64,000 nucleotides of DNA from Trichoplax sp. H2 (taxonomy: Eukaryota): contig NOWV01000028.1 in assembly GCA_003344405.1 (NCBI GenBank), positions 310,001 to 374,000 on the forward strand, in the 5' to 3' direction. Positions 1-13,607 of the stretch are shown piece by piece. Position numbers and translations under genes: made by a program. The number at the start of each line of letters is the position of its first letter. Position 1 is the stretch's first letter. The notes beneath the pieces were generated by a model, which saw only the letters and a list, made by a program, of their open reading frames with translations, was not told the origin of the DNA and ran no database searches.

Positions 1-1099
1 GTACAGTATGTGTAAACCTTAACCTACAGTAACAGATTTTTCAAGATTGTTTTTATGATTATGTCTCCGGTATTACACCATTTGCAGGATTTTTTGTTAC
101 ATACTAAAATACCAGAAATCGCTTATAATTCCGTGAAAATCAAACATAAGAAATCCATTTAAATCGAGTAGAACATGTTAAAGGTTGTTGCAAGCTAATA
201 AAATAGCAATTAGCGCTTGTTCTACATGAGTCAACATTGATATACTAGTACAGATGTTCTCATTTTGTTTACAATGAAATCAATGAGACTAGACAGGAAA
301 TAGAAGTCAATGGATGAGAAGCCGTAACTGAGCACTTAAAGAACGATTTACTATAGAACGAATACGTCAATCATGATATTGATCCAAGCGTACCACCTTT
401 AAAAAATAGAATCCAAACATTTAAAATGGTCCTATTTTGCAAGCACCATCTTCGTGCGAACTCTATTCAAGGACTATAAGTAGAATATTCTCTTTCTAGG
501 ATAGAAAGTCTCCAACATTCACTATCACTTCGGAAATCGCCATCTGTAAACTAATTTCATCCCTCCCCTGCTTGAATAATTAATTTACTGCAGCAATGGA
601 GCAGTTCTACAACAGAAAGTAGTTGTCAACTAGATTGGTCGATTAATAATTAATTATTAATACACTGAGGTGCATGACTGACATTATTTCTTGCAATATG
701 GGAATTCAAAAGTGCAAACAGAATCGAATACTATGTATACTCGAGGAGCCACAGCTTGTGATACTTCCACGTTTAGTAAACGCCCATTTTAAATGCTATG
801 TTGCAAAATCGTGTACCTCAGTGAATTCTAGAGACGCACAGTAACATGGATTAAAGAAGATTTTGCAGGTGTGTGAATTATTCGAGTATATCAATATATA
901 ACATATATACAGTACACTCGCTTTCTTAACCAACCTACGAAGGAGTTATTCATCCCCTTCAATTCATGGTACCGTAGTATTGGATATGAAAACAGTTATT
1001 GTCACTGCTGAGACAGGCCGATAGTCCTTGATTTAGGATAAATTAAAGTTGAACAAAAAAGTGAAAGTTAGGCTATTTTATTTGGGGATACTTTATCAC

Positions 1100-1390
1100 G
1101 GTTGGCCACTTGGGCCGAATAGGATGAGTGCAGCCACTATCGAGGAAGGATGCTCGAGAGAGAAATCCTTTGCGATTCTTGCCCATGGCTCGTTCGTCCA
1201 AAGTCCGACTGTCCGAAAGAGAAAGCATCACGTGATAAATGGCATCAACCATAACAGTGATCGGGACCGGGTATTGGGTCAAGCACACAGTCACGCCGTG
1301 TTGCACACGGTGTCACACGGCGTTGACACGATCGGCCGACTCCAAAAATTCAAAATGGAATCTTGCTTTTCGCCTCCATTTTGACAGTCT
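1100..1390. promoter_or_regulatory. GC-enriched promoter-like patch with repeated CACACGG/TCAC motifs and an inverted CAAAATGGA...TCCATTTTG pair (YY1-like)
   Basis: Local GC/CpG rise in an AT-rich background. Its composition resembles the regions upstream of GMPS (~48.0 kb) and RPB4 (~60.2 kb). The 9-bp inverted repeat spans 1351-1383. No associated gene could be assigned. Confidence 0.3.
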
Positions 1391-1434
1391 AAAATGATTA
1401 ATAACAATTCTCAACGACAGTGATGCAAGGAAAG

Positions 1435-2185
1435 GATGGCTGGATTACTATAGCCGATAGACCTTGTCACTTAACTTGATAATGAATGATAAATTGGGAG
1501 ACTAGTGAATGACATTCTCCACGTATTATTGGTGTAGAAACAAACAATAATGACTGGAAAGTATATCTCGGAAATTGCCAAAAGCCAATGATAATCCTGT
1601 GATGATATCGTCACTATGGCCGATAGATTCGAAATATACTGTAAACCTGTAATGTATGTTAGTAGAGACCCTAAAAGATCCCTTTAGGGTCTCTAATGTA
1701 TATATATACAATACGTTCTTAACCTTACTTTATCAAGACATCCACTTCTACACTGCAGACGATCACTGTATTCCCTAATAACACCTCACTACTGTCATCC
1801 GCTGAAATCATTGGAAAAAAAAACGACAAGGACGCAAGAAAACGAAGGACGGATTAGCATAGCTAATAGTCTTGTCACTGAACTTGGTAATGAATGATAA
1901 ATTGCAAGACTAGCGGATGACATTCTCCACGTATTATCAGTGTAGAAACAATGACTAGACAAGTATATCACGGAAATGGCTAAAAGCCAATGATGATCAG
2001 GTGATGATGTCATTATGGCCGATTTACTCTAAATAGAAGTCTGTCATGTATGGTAGAGACCATAAAAGATCCTTCTGGGGTCTCTGGTAGATACGTTCTT
2101 AACCTTACTTTGCTAGTTCTACACTATATACGATCACTGTATCCCCTAATATATAACTACCGTCATTAGCTGAAATCGTTACAAA
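1435..2185. repeat. Diverged tandem duplication, two copies of ~350-400 bp, each with an internal hairpin
   Basis: 1435-1815 aligns by eye to 1845-2185, with shared blocks such as GACATTCTCCACGTATTA and ATACGTTCTTAACCTTACTTT. Confidence 0.85.
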
Positions 2186-2935
2186 ATGGAAGATTACTAT
2201 TTTATCTGTCCATGTCGAGAAAGCATCCGTAAGTAAATACTTCTACTAGAGAAGTGATGGCATTACAACAACACAATTTGTAGTCAATAACCGTCTTAAT
2301 AGAAGGAAAATATCAATGCAGCTATTGATCCCACTGTAAAAGAAAGATTTCTCCATGACAGTGAAGAGGGTATTATGGATGGGCTTTTCTTCCTGATTCC
2401 TTGTACTGTACTATTTTTAATACAGCCAATCCCACAAAATGGACTAAGACATAATCTTACTCTACAATCAGCACTGAGGATCAATAGCGTGATGGATAAG
2501 CGTCATTTTTCTGTCGGAAACAAATCGTTATCAACTTGGTGACAACCCGATCAGAACCCTATGATGGGGCTCTTTCTTGACAGGAAAGCCTTATCCATTC
2601 GAATGTCTCTTCGTAGTCACTCTATGACTAGGCATGTTTTTAATCTTTAGTAGTATTTGAAAAACAACAGCAACTGCTATCGTTTAGATAAACAAGTTGA
2701 GCAGCTCGATATTGCAAGGTGGATTAAAAGCTAGGGCAGTATCGATTATTGTTACATTATAACGATTAAAGCTAACTTTAGTTCATGCTACAGTGTACAG
2801 CATATCGCCATTCGTCACTACAGCTACTTACTTCATCTCATAGTATATGCAATAGAATCATGAGATTATGAAAATTCTACACATGTTATTAATGAAAATT
2901 TTAGCTAAGATTATGTTATCTTAAAAAATCGATAC

Positions 2936-3775
2936 CTGATTTCCTTGAAGTATATAGCAACAGTAACATTGGTTTCGTTCAAAATCTAGTAGATCAGATT
3001 AGATTGAAGTTTTGAAAATTTTAAAGGTCAATAATCTGCCATAAAACGAAGTATTAGCATAGCCCAAGCGTCGTCAACACGTCCATAAATGTAAATAATA
3101 TCCAAAATAATATATAACACTTCTATATTACTTTCGAATGGACTAGTAGTCTTAATACAGGACTTCTCGTAGTCTCTGTCTTAATAAAGTCAAGCAGTAT
3201 TCACTATTCATTTCTAGGAAATTATACTTTGCAAGAGCGACATCAAAAGTATCAATTTACTGGCTTGAAAACCACTAAAAGTAAAGGAAATAATTGGTTC
3301 AAAACAGTCAACTGATTGAATTGATCTATTGGTAATATCAAATTGGTTTACAAGCTCTGTGGATGGCGATTAACGAAATGTGCCAATCATGAATTGATCT
3401 GTAGGCCATCATGAAACGTTTATCCATCTAGTACATTAAAAGACTAACGTAGAAAAGTATTTTCAATGTTTCAAAATATTCTTAAACACTCATCGACATC
3501 ATAATCAATCATAACATAGGAGTATTCCGTGACATTATTAGTAATCACGTTGGGCCTACCTTATTTGTTACTATCCGCGTAAGGCGTTGATATTGAAGCG
3601 ATGATGAATCTTTTAGCTTTTCTGGAGGACTACAATAATAGTCTAATACCATAGTGAAAGATGCAGTGACTGAGCTACCGTTGTTATCGCCATAGACTAT
3701 CATGCTTTGGCCGATGACAGCCAAGAATACCAAGATAGGAATCGTCATTTTTGCATTTTTTGAAATCTTTGTCAT
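2936..3775 (-). CDS. Putative spliced secreted/membrane protein with a SEA-like domain (5' exons only: 3775-3560, 3427-3352, 3274-3261, 2985-2936)
   Basis: Hydrophobic signal-peptide-like stretch (IPILVFLAVIGQSMIVYG), then LKDSSSLQYQRLTRIV (SEA-like LxDxxSxxYxxL). Phase-consistent GT-AG joins give ...NK/MDKRFMMAYRSIHDWHISLIAIHRA/LVFKP/ILNETNVTVAIYFKEI. The 3' end is unresolved. Confidence 0.4.
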
Positions 3776-4689
3776 GCTGCCAAGAAAGGAATAGAGCGAC
3801 AGTCTAAATTAATTCTACAATAAATACTTGACCATTCCATTTACGTGCACACATACATACGGCTACATCATGTCGTATATTATACTTACAAAACAAAAAT
3901 ATCTGCGGATGAATAATTCAGTAATTTCAGATGGAACGTATTCGATTACAAGATTGCTTAAAGTAATAAGATAGTTACATGGTATATCTTTATAGCCTAC
4001 TCCGACACGACTGTTTTAGACATGATCAAATTGAAATAATAGGCAATGTTCAATAATTAGTTTTCAACTCTTTGTTATCTTTATAGTCCCGTACTTTAAA
4101 TTTATTTATTTGCCAATTTTATTGTACGAGCAATGATAACAAAAGTCAATCAAGAGCCCATAGAAATCAAGATAATTATTTTGAAGTCTGTTTTGTTTGA
4201 ACAGACAGCACATCTGTGAATTTCAATTTTTCTCAATAATTGCTGCAAACAACAGAGTAATTATTATACTGGGTATGGACAAAGTCAATGAAATTGATTA
4301 ACGAAATTAAATGCTCAGATGCTGTAATAAAATAGAGGAGGAAAGACAGATATTTCCATCTACTGCACTGCACGTACGCGCTTTCCCAATGCAATTAAAA
4401 TTTTTCTTGCAAGAACAAGTTTGCTTGCACTCTTGCTTATTACAATATCGGCTAAGGGGTAAGGATGGCTCATATTGGGTATTGGCGATATTACAAAATT
4501 AAAAATTGTTCAGCATAACATCTTGATGTATTGCTAATTAAAAGTAACCTTGAGCGGTAGACAGATACATTGAACCATCTTAAAATATTTAATCGATAAA
4601 ATACCAGAACAATCCTTTTACCTCGATTAATGAATTTATTCTGTCTATATTATACCAATTACGTCAGCTTGGTTATGCATGATTAAGTA

Positions 4690-5160
4690 ATAGACGAGAG
4701 TACAGAGAACAGTTGCTCTACGACAATACTCACCATGGCTAGGAACTATTCCTACACTCTTATTGCTTTAATGTAAAACATTTCAAACAAATATATAATG
4801 AATTAGTAAAGATGTATAAAAACAGTATAAAGAACTCTTACAGTAATGGACTAGAGTATCGGAAATACTTCCTCTACTCGAATGCTCACCATGGTTAGGG
4901 GGACTATTCAAAAACTCCTATAGCATTTAATGTAACATTTTCTGAAGAAGTGTATCATGAATTAGCCAAGTATACAAAAACCATTTCAATTCTTATAGTA
5001 ATGGATGACAGTACACTAAAGACTTGCTCTATTGCAATCCTAACTAACGTTACGAACTATTCAAGCATTCTTCTACCTTCTAACGTAAGATATTTTGTAG
5101 AAGTGCATAATTAATGAATTAATGCGATATATAAAAAATGTTAAAAATTCCTACAGTACC
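4690..5160. repeat. Degenerate tandem repeat, ~155 bp x3
   Basis: Recurring CACCATGG(C/T)TAGG..ACTATTC...ATGAATTA...TCTTA(C/T)AGTAATGGA blocks. Confidence 0.65.
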
Positions 5161-6544
5161 GTATGGAAGGAAGGATATAATTACATAAGTGATTTTATTT
5201 TATTAGATAGGCACCGAATTGCAACAGCAATCGTATATGATTCATTTCTAAATTGTAAACTATCCTGGTTTATCTGGATAAATACCATACATGGTTATAA
5301 TTTAAAAATTAATCTTGATTCGTAAAGTAACAGTTGTGAAGTTAACATTTCATTGCTTTACTTTAACTATAGGCTAGAATGAGCCGTATATCTTGATGAT
5401 AGTAGCAATATTGATCATAAAGAAGGGAAGCTCCTCATTCTACAAGATCCATATGAGCACCTTCTAGATTAGGATGGAGGAGAGGTAGTTGATACTATGA
5501 GCTGTGAATACTTCAATAGTGGCCCATAGCTATGATATTAATATCACGATCGATCAAAGCAGGATAGGACAGTCAATCTTTTCTGTATCCTAAATGATCC
5601 AGCGAAAGGTTGCTTTACTTTTTCTGCATGATCAATCTATTTTTTTTTTCGTAAACAGAGCGCTGTTGTTCTACATGCGAATTTGTAACCCCATGGTGTA
5701 TTCAAATAATAATTAATGAGCTGCATGTCAATAAATTGTCAAGTAGTGGAGAAATTATTCAGAACAATAAAGTCAATATGTTCAAGTGTTCATGCTAAAT
5801 ACTATTATAGCTCAGATAATCTAGGTATTATTTAAGTTCATGAAACTAAAACGAATTAATACACTTGACCAATTTTTTTTCTTCTCAACGACATACGCGT
5901 ACATGTTACAGGATGATGCTATGCTATAGATGGCATGATTATTCTTTCCGTAACATGTAGCAGTAATTTCAAAATAAATATGATAAAATGATTACAGATC
6001 CTGACGGACACTAATTTCTGTGTTGCGTGGGTAAGAGAGGAAATGCTTGTTAACCACTATCATTAAATAGATCGGTACTTTCTTGTTACATAAATAGGAA
6101 GACTAATAAAGCAGCTCTTGCAATTGATCAATTGTTCTTTTCGGTAGTTATTTTCCAACTTTCAAATTTCAGCTATTTTTCTAATACTTGCAAAATGAGT
6201 TGCTGTAACTCCGTCTTCAGATATACTACTTAAAGCTCCGTTTGGCACAGCTAGGTACAGTCACCAATGCAAGAGCAATCACAGCTTAGGGTATCGAATA
6301 AACGTTTACAAAATGTCTGTATAGCGAATTGACATTGATTACCTCTAGAATAATTTAGGAATCGCTACCAGGTACAGCATGGTCTTAAAACCAATTTAAA
6401 ACCCAATTTTTAGCGTTTAATTACAAGAAAATGTTTCTAAATATTAAGTATTATCAAAAATTGCGTTACTCAAACAAAATGATCTTCGTCGATTATATTA
6501 TTACAAGTACTCTGCATATGAAAGGACCATGCCCCCCCCCATCT

Positions 6545-7345
6545 AGGTTGATGACGTTTTTATCACTTTGATATTAAAAATATTCGACATGAGAGAGACT
6601 AGGAGACTACCTATACCGGCGACATTCGCTGTGAGATTGAAGGAATGGAGACTTTAAATTTTGTATTGATGATACAATCAACAGTTGTCAAAACGATGCG
6701 CTAAGAAAGTTCTTGCATCAAGTCCAAATTACCAAAATGTTCTTGGTAAGGATAATAAAATGATTGTGGTAATGGATCTAATAAGATTGAACAGGATTAA
6801 CTATTATCTATAAGTGCAGAAGATGATAGATAGCTAGTTCTTTCCACAAGATGATGTGCTTATTACATACTATGGTAGCTCAAAGCAGAAATACTAGTGG
6901 CGACCGATATGAAATCGAAACAATATAGAACGTAGATTTGGCTTAAATGATCTTGACTGATGAATGATATAATGAATAGAGAATATAATGACTACCCTAG
7001 GATTAAAAAGTTTTTCCTCTCAAAAGCTCGAGCTCAGAAACTGCATACCTGGCAGAGGTAAACAAAAATCACTCAGGCAAACGCTTCAAATTATATCCTA
7101 TGTACTGTATATTAGGAACGACTTATTCAAAAAATATGACAAAACTGCAGATCCTGGGATATCTAAACTTATGCTAAGAAGAAAGTTACAGAAATCGGAG
7201 GAGCCGCTATTTCTTAAAACGTCTGGTTCTAATCACTTGCAACGAAATTGCTCTCGATGATGGCTAGCTATTCTGGCACAAGAATAGAGAAACATACCGT
7301 TCCAATCATTGCTTAATGACGGTTCTCGCTATATTAATCCAATAA
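6545..7345 (+). pseudogene. Possible highly decayed protein (tyrosine) kinase relic
   Basis: Broken-frame peptides occur in kinase order: ETTYTGD, DALRKFLHQVQI, MTKLQILGYL, RKLQK, FWHKNRE, PFQSLLND. There are multiple stops and frameshifts, and no intact HRD or DFG motif. Confidence 0.22.
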
Positions 7346-9257
7346 ATTGGCAATACTTGCGTATGTTTAATACGTCATATGATATTAAAGAAACAATATT
7401 TTCGTGATTTAATTTAAATTCCTCACATCATGACAGGCAGCATTTAAAAGTGATTTGGATTTGTAGGAACGATCGCATTGTAATTTATGTAAGGCATATA
7501 GTGGGCTGAAAGCCATATTTATAATACTCTATAGGATAACTCAAGCAGGACAGATTTACATCTTCAGATCTTTTGGAAGCGTAATTACAATCAATATGGT
7601 CGAAAGGATCAAGATTAAATTAACTTAAATTCAAAGTCGACTCTCGCAGTTTTTATTACTTGCACATTAAATCTTTTACACGTACCTAAAAGTGCATGTC
7701 GACTGCGTGCTATCATATAATCTAGTACTAGAAATGACATTGGAGGAAACGTACTCTCAGAGATATTACGTTTACTTCCAAAATATAAATTTATATCGCT
7801 GCACGAATCAACTATATTAAGAAGCATAAGAATTGCAAGAATTTCAGTCGAAGTCAAATAGAATACAGCTAATACCGTATGCAATGAATTGAATGGAAAT
7901 TCTTAATCGAATTGAACCTTTACGCTGGGAAATAGGGCAACAGTATCGTTATCGTTATGTTTGATTTCAGTTCTGGTAACTCAGCATAAGATGGCGATCA
8001 CGATAAACGAGCCATAACGTTATTACATTTATTTACTACTTATTATAAAGAACAATATAATTCACATCAGTAAAAGTCAATGTCAAAATCAGAAAGGTGA
8101 GAACATTACATAGAATGCGTACTTTACAATCTAGATCAGTCCAGAATAATTGCAGCTATAGATTTTACAGTAGGAAGTAAATTTTCAACTGTAAAGGATA
8201 CTTCTATCGTACGTACCGATGATGGCTTCAATGCCGAAAAATTTAATTAGACCAGAGGTCGTCTTCAATGATATTTCATAAGGAATTGATAAAAATACTC
8301 ATGCATGCATCATCCCACCATAGGTGATAATTAATTATAATCAAAGTTGAATAAAATTTTCAATTGCAACACTAGTAAAACAGTTTTAAATGTAACCTTT
8401 TATTGATGATGTATTTCTTAGTAATTAAAAGGATTAGGCCCTATTTGATTTTGAGTTAACGTAATTAAAGTAGACAGTATGGTGCTAGATAAATGAAATT
8501 AATGTTCTTGAAATCAATTGAATCATTAGATAGATTATAAATCAAAATCGAGTTTAAAGTTCACGGTTATAATTGTGTGAATGCAAGACAGTGCTATTTT
8601 GACTACTAAACATATATGCTACTGTTTACAATATGTGTATACGCAGAACCGGAAGAAATGGGGTACACTTCTTTTATTAAAGTAATTATAAACACTTCAC
8701 TTAGGTTATCATTGAGTTAAAAATTGCAACAATCCTGAAAAACAACTCAATTAGACTCCATTTTATATTGAATACCCGATACCGTTATTGATAAGAGTAG
8801 AAGCCTTTGATACTATCTATTCTATACAGATATAAGTGACAAAATGGATCCAAGACCATAATTTTACGCAAGTTTATAACGCAGTTTACACAGTCTACTG
8901 AACTACAGTGTCTCTCGAAATTACACATCCTTATTAATTGAATTTTGACACACCCAGAACGGTCAACTTTTCAACTATTCAGTACCGTATATCTGATCAA
9001 AATTAAGAAATTAATTTAAAATCGAAAGCTGTCTATGAATTATTCAATTAATTGTTAAACACTACTTGATCAAGAACACACAATGCTACCGGTATCAACG
9101 CAATGGATTGATTATGAACCTTTTCAGATAGCCAAATTATACCGTAATTATTGCTCATTTGTACAATCAATTAAGATAAGATGATGACAGAGATGTTAAG
9201 CTGCGTTAATATTTCATCACTGCAAAATTTTGACGTTTAAATACTAGCATTTGCGCT

Positions 9258-10394
9258 TTATGAATTAGATAATGACGGCCTTACTCGACGTAAACTATGC
9301 ATTTGACCAATATAACGCAGCCATTGAGGTGCATTACTTCTATAAGTATTATTAAAGTAGCCATAAATAATTGCATTGTAAGCAACACAAGTATAATTCA
9401 AAAGAATCAAAGTGTTAATGATACTGGAAATCAAGTAATAATTTAGAAAATGAATTAACCCAAAATCTATTAACATAAAGATCAAGTAATTTGGTAGATT
9501 GCTAATTATGAACAAAGTTAAGCAGGCAATAAAAATTTTAACGATTCGTTTTCTAACTTTCAATCTACGCTCATTCCGCGGTAATCGTTGATGAATCGAT
9601 CCTCTATTCAACAATATAATCGTACGAGCATTACCTGTCCCTATTTGCCACAATCTTCTAGCAGTAATTATATATAATGTTGTCATCATGATAGATGGCG
9701 TTAGAAAGATCAGAACAAGAAAGAGCAGCCATGTAATCATTTTCGAGAAAGCCAAAAAAAATACTATTTCATTATCTGAATTAGTGGCGATGATATCTAA
9801 ATGAAGATTTAGCGACCAAATTGGCAAACAATATTTCATTCCTTGAATATGGTGAACATTCACAAAGATTCCATATGGAGTCCAAAACGAGAAGGCAAAT
9901 AACCAACATAATGGCAAAAAGACGTAGACCTGAGTTCGACTTATCCTTAGTTTGCGCTTTGTTGGATGTATAATCGAATTATATCGATCGATACAAATAG
10001 CCGTCAATGTAAATGATATCGATATTATGCATGATCCTGGTAGAACTTGAGCCATTTTGCATACAGAAACAGTAAATGGGTAATGGCGCGATGCCTGGAT
10101 TGGATGTAACAGTTCGTAAATTTTAATTGGTATCCTTATGGCTGCTACTAATAATCCAGAAATAGGCAGATTACAAACTAGTAGATTGATCGGTATCCGT
10201 AGATTCCTGTTTGCCAAAGTAATCCATAAAATCAGTAAATTACCTGCTATAGCTATCACCATGATTAAGACATGTAAGATAGCAATAATAAGCAAAATCG
10301 TTCGCATGGCTAGTTCATCGACATTAATTATCCCGTCCTCTTTACCAAGGGTAGTTAGTGTGCTATTGATTGAGCCATTGTAACTTGTATTCAT
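9258..10394 (-). CDS. Rhodopsin-family (class A) GPCR, peptide-receptor-like, single exon, 378 aa
   Basis: 7 hydrophobic segments, N-terminal N-glycosylation sequons, GN (TM1), C3.25, DRY, TM4 Trp, ECL2 Cys, and YNAIIY followed by helix 8. Confidence 0.95.
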   Translation of the reverse strand: MNTSYNGSINSTLTTLGKEDGIINVDELAMRTILLIIAILHVLIMVIAIAGNLLILWITLANRNLRIPINLLVCNLPISGLLVAAIRIPIKIYELLHPIQASRHYPFTVSVCKMAQVLPGSCIISISFTLTAICIDRYNSIIHPTKRKLRISRTQVYVFLPLCWLFAFSFWTPYGIFVNVHHIQGMKYCLPIWSLNLHLDIIATNSDNEIVFFLAFSKMITWLLFLVLIFLTPSIMMTTLYIITARRLWQIGTGNARTIILLNRGSIHQRLPRNERRLKVRKRIVKIFIACLTLFIISNLPNYLIFMLIDFGLIHFLNYYLISSIINTLILLNYTCVAYNAIIYGYFNNTYRSNAPQWLRYIGQMHSLRRVRPSLSNS

Positions 10395-11439
10395 GTTGAT
10401 TCTGTCTTGATAATAAATACTTAGTTTAACATAATTTTAACCTTTGAAAGCTTTTAGATGATAAATTGATATGTAATATCGATATTAATCATAAATAGAA
10501 TCTGAAAATAGTATATGGATATCGATTTCTATACGCGAATACTTACTGTTTGGCCTGATACTCTTCTTGAAAGATAGTATTAAATTTCTTCTGTCCTTCT
10601 TCTAAATGCTAACTAGAACCTTAGTGAATTTTTTAAGATAATGAGGTTTACCGTAAAGCAAATATATTACAGAACATTGACCTATGCTGTGCAATATAGG
10701 CCAATTAATCTGAGAAGATAATCATATTTTATTACAATACTCAATTGTAAGCGATATATTTAATTAACTATCCATAAATCACCGTAGTTTTATTGCTCAT
10801 ATTAACGTTGTTTATATCCAATCATGATAATCAACTTGCTAATTAATATAGAATTTCTTCTATCAAACTGGCGACGTAAATAAAAATAACCTTGACCTCA
10901 AAATTAGGCACATTGCTAAATCGGCTTGATAAATATCAGAGGCTAACATTCAATATTCACTATTATTGCAAACAATTCACTAAAATAATTTAGCCTAATT
11001 AAATTATATTTAAATTGTTACAGCCTAAAGTAGATTTCAACGTCGAAATTAAGCAAGAAAATGGGTATAGCTTTAAAATGATATCGATTTCTTTTATTGA
11101 AGCGATTGTGAATAATAAACACCTCAGTTATGTTTTTATAAAGTTACAAACTACAACAATTCTGAAAAACAACTTTATTAGTCTTTATTTTGTATTGCAT
11201 ACCCAACACTGCTGTTGACGGGAGCAGAAGTCTTTGCTTTCACTTATACTGTCAGGTATAAGTGAAAATATTGATCCAAGACTGATATGTACCGTATATA
11301 AAGTAAATTAGATGAGTATGTTAGATTAAATATTAATATGTAAGCGTCTGTAACTGTTAATATAGCTGTGTAAGATCTTACTATGTGAGACAGCATAGCC
11401 TACATCATAGCCCTAAATTTAGCTAGTAAAGTTCGCGTA

Positions 11440-12097
11440 TCATGATGGCAGTGTAATCATTTTCGAGAATTGTAAATAATATACTGATACATTGTCTGAA
11501 TTAGTAACATTGATATTTGAAAGAATATTTGACGGCCTAGCTGGCGTACAAGATTTCATTGCTAACTTATGATATGCATAAAGACCGCATATGGAGTCCA
11601 AAACGAGAAGGCAAATAACCAACATAATGATGAAAAGACGTAGGCATGAGCTCGATTTATTCTCAATTCACGCCTTATTGGATGCATATTCGAATTATAT
11701 CGATCGTTACAAATAGCTGTTAATGTAAACGATATTGATGTTATACATGCTCCTGGTACAATTTCAGCCATTTTGCATACAGAAACAGTAACTGGGTAAT
11801 AGCGCTATACCTGGATTGGATGTAATAGTTCGTAAATTTTAATTGGTATCCGTATACTTGCTATTAATAATCTAGCAATGGCCAGATTACCAATAGATTG
11901 ATCGGTATCCACAGATTCGTATTTGCCAAAATAATCCATAAAATCAGTAAATTACCAGGTATAGCTATCGTCATGACTACGATAGCAGTAATGAGGAAAA
12001 TCGTTTGCATGGCTAGTTCATCGACATTAGTTAACTCATCCTCTTTGCCAAAGATAGTTAGTGTATTACTGATTGAGCTATTAGAACTAGTATTCAT
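11440..12097 (-). pseudogene. Truncated, frameshifted GPCR paralogue (N-terminus to start of TM5)
   Basis: Three ORF pieces in different frames match the flanking paralogues (MNTSSNSSISNTLT..., MAEIVPGACITSISFTLTAICNDRY..., YYLQFSKMIT). TM5-TM7 are missing. Confidence 0.92.
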
Positions 12098-13607
12098 ATC
12101 GATTCTTGTTTTGGCAAGAAACGTTTAATTTACCGCAATTTCAATCTTTACAAGCTTTTACTGTAGATGATAAATAGCTATGCAATATCGATATCAATCA
12201 TGAATACAATCCGAAAATAATATTTGGATGTCGATTTCTATAAAGAAATTCTTACTGTTTGCCTTAGTACTCTTGAAAGATGATATATATTTTTTATTAT
12301 GTATGGTATTTAAGTCTCCTCTATCTCTGTACTAAACGTTAGCTAGAACCTAGGTGACTTTTTAAAGATAATATGGTTTATCGTAAAGCTAATGTATCAC
12401 GTAGCTATTGAATTATGGTGTACAATATAGACCAATTAATCTGAGATTTGATCATGGTTTATTACGCGCTCAATTGTACACAATATATCTAATTAACTGT
12501 CTTTAAAATAATGTAGCTTTATCGCTCTTATTAAGGTTGTTTGAATCCGATCATGCCAATCAACTTCCTAATTAATCGATATTAATCGACATAGAATATC
12601 TTCTATCAAATTGGCGACGTAAATAAAAATAATCTTCACCTTAAAATGAGGAATATTACTAAATCGGCTTGATACATATAAAAGGTTAACAATCATCATT
12701 CACTATTATTGCAAACGATTCACTATAATAATTTAGCCTAATTAAATTATACTTAAATTGTTACACTTTATAAACAGTAAAAAATTTTCGATTTGAGTAA
12801 ATAGGAAGGAATTAAATTAAACAATGATTCTAGCAAAATGACTCGCTTAACTATACTATATATCATATATCATATAAATTAGTGCGCTCCAAATAAATTA
12901 AAATTCACCTATGTTACTAGTCAGTCTTTATTCCAAAGTCGAAATTAAGCTAGGATATAGGTATAGCTTTAAAACGATGCCGATTTTCTTTTATTGAAAC
13001 AAATATGTATTATAAACACCTCAGTTATGTTTTTGTTTGAGTTAAATACTACAACAATTCTGAAAAATCTTTCTTAGTCTTCGTTTCATATTGAATATCT
13101 GATACCGTGATTGATTAGAGCAGAAGTCTTTGCTACTGTATGTTGTGCAGGTATAAGTGAAAAAATTGATGCATTACCGTGACTTACGCTAGTTTATAAC
13201 GTAGTTTATACAAACTACTGAACTACGGTAACTCTAGAAGTTACATATCTTCATTAATCCCATTCCTGTAATTGATATTTTACAAATCTAGTAAGGTCAG
13301 CTTTCTAATTATTCAGAACCGTACACGTATCCTATCAAAATTGAGAAGTAAATTAAAATGAAAAAGCTGACTATGAACTGTTCTCTTACTAAAAACTACT
13401 TGATCAAAAATGAAATATTACATTCAAATTTCCCAGTTCATATAAAGGATTGATCATAAACCTTTTGGTTAGCTAGATTATACCATAATTATTACCCATT
13501 TGTTCAGTCAATTACAATAAAATGATGACAGCGATGTTTTAAGTTGCTTCGATATTTCATCATCGCAGAATTTTGATGTTTTAAAATACTGCTGCAGTAT
13601 TTAAAAT

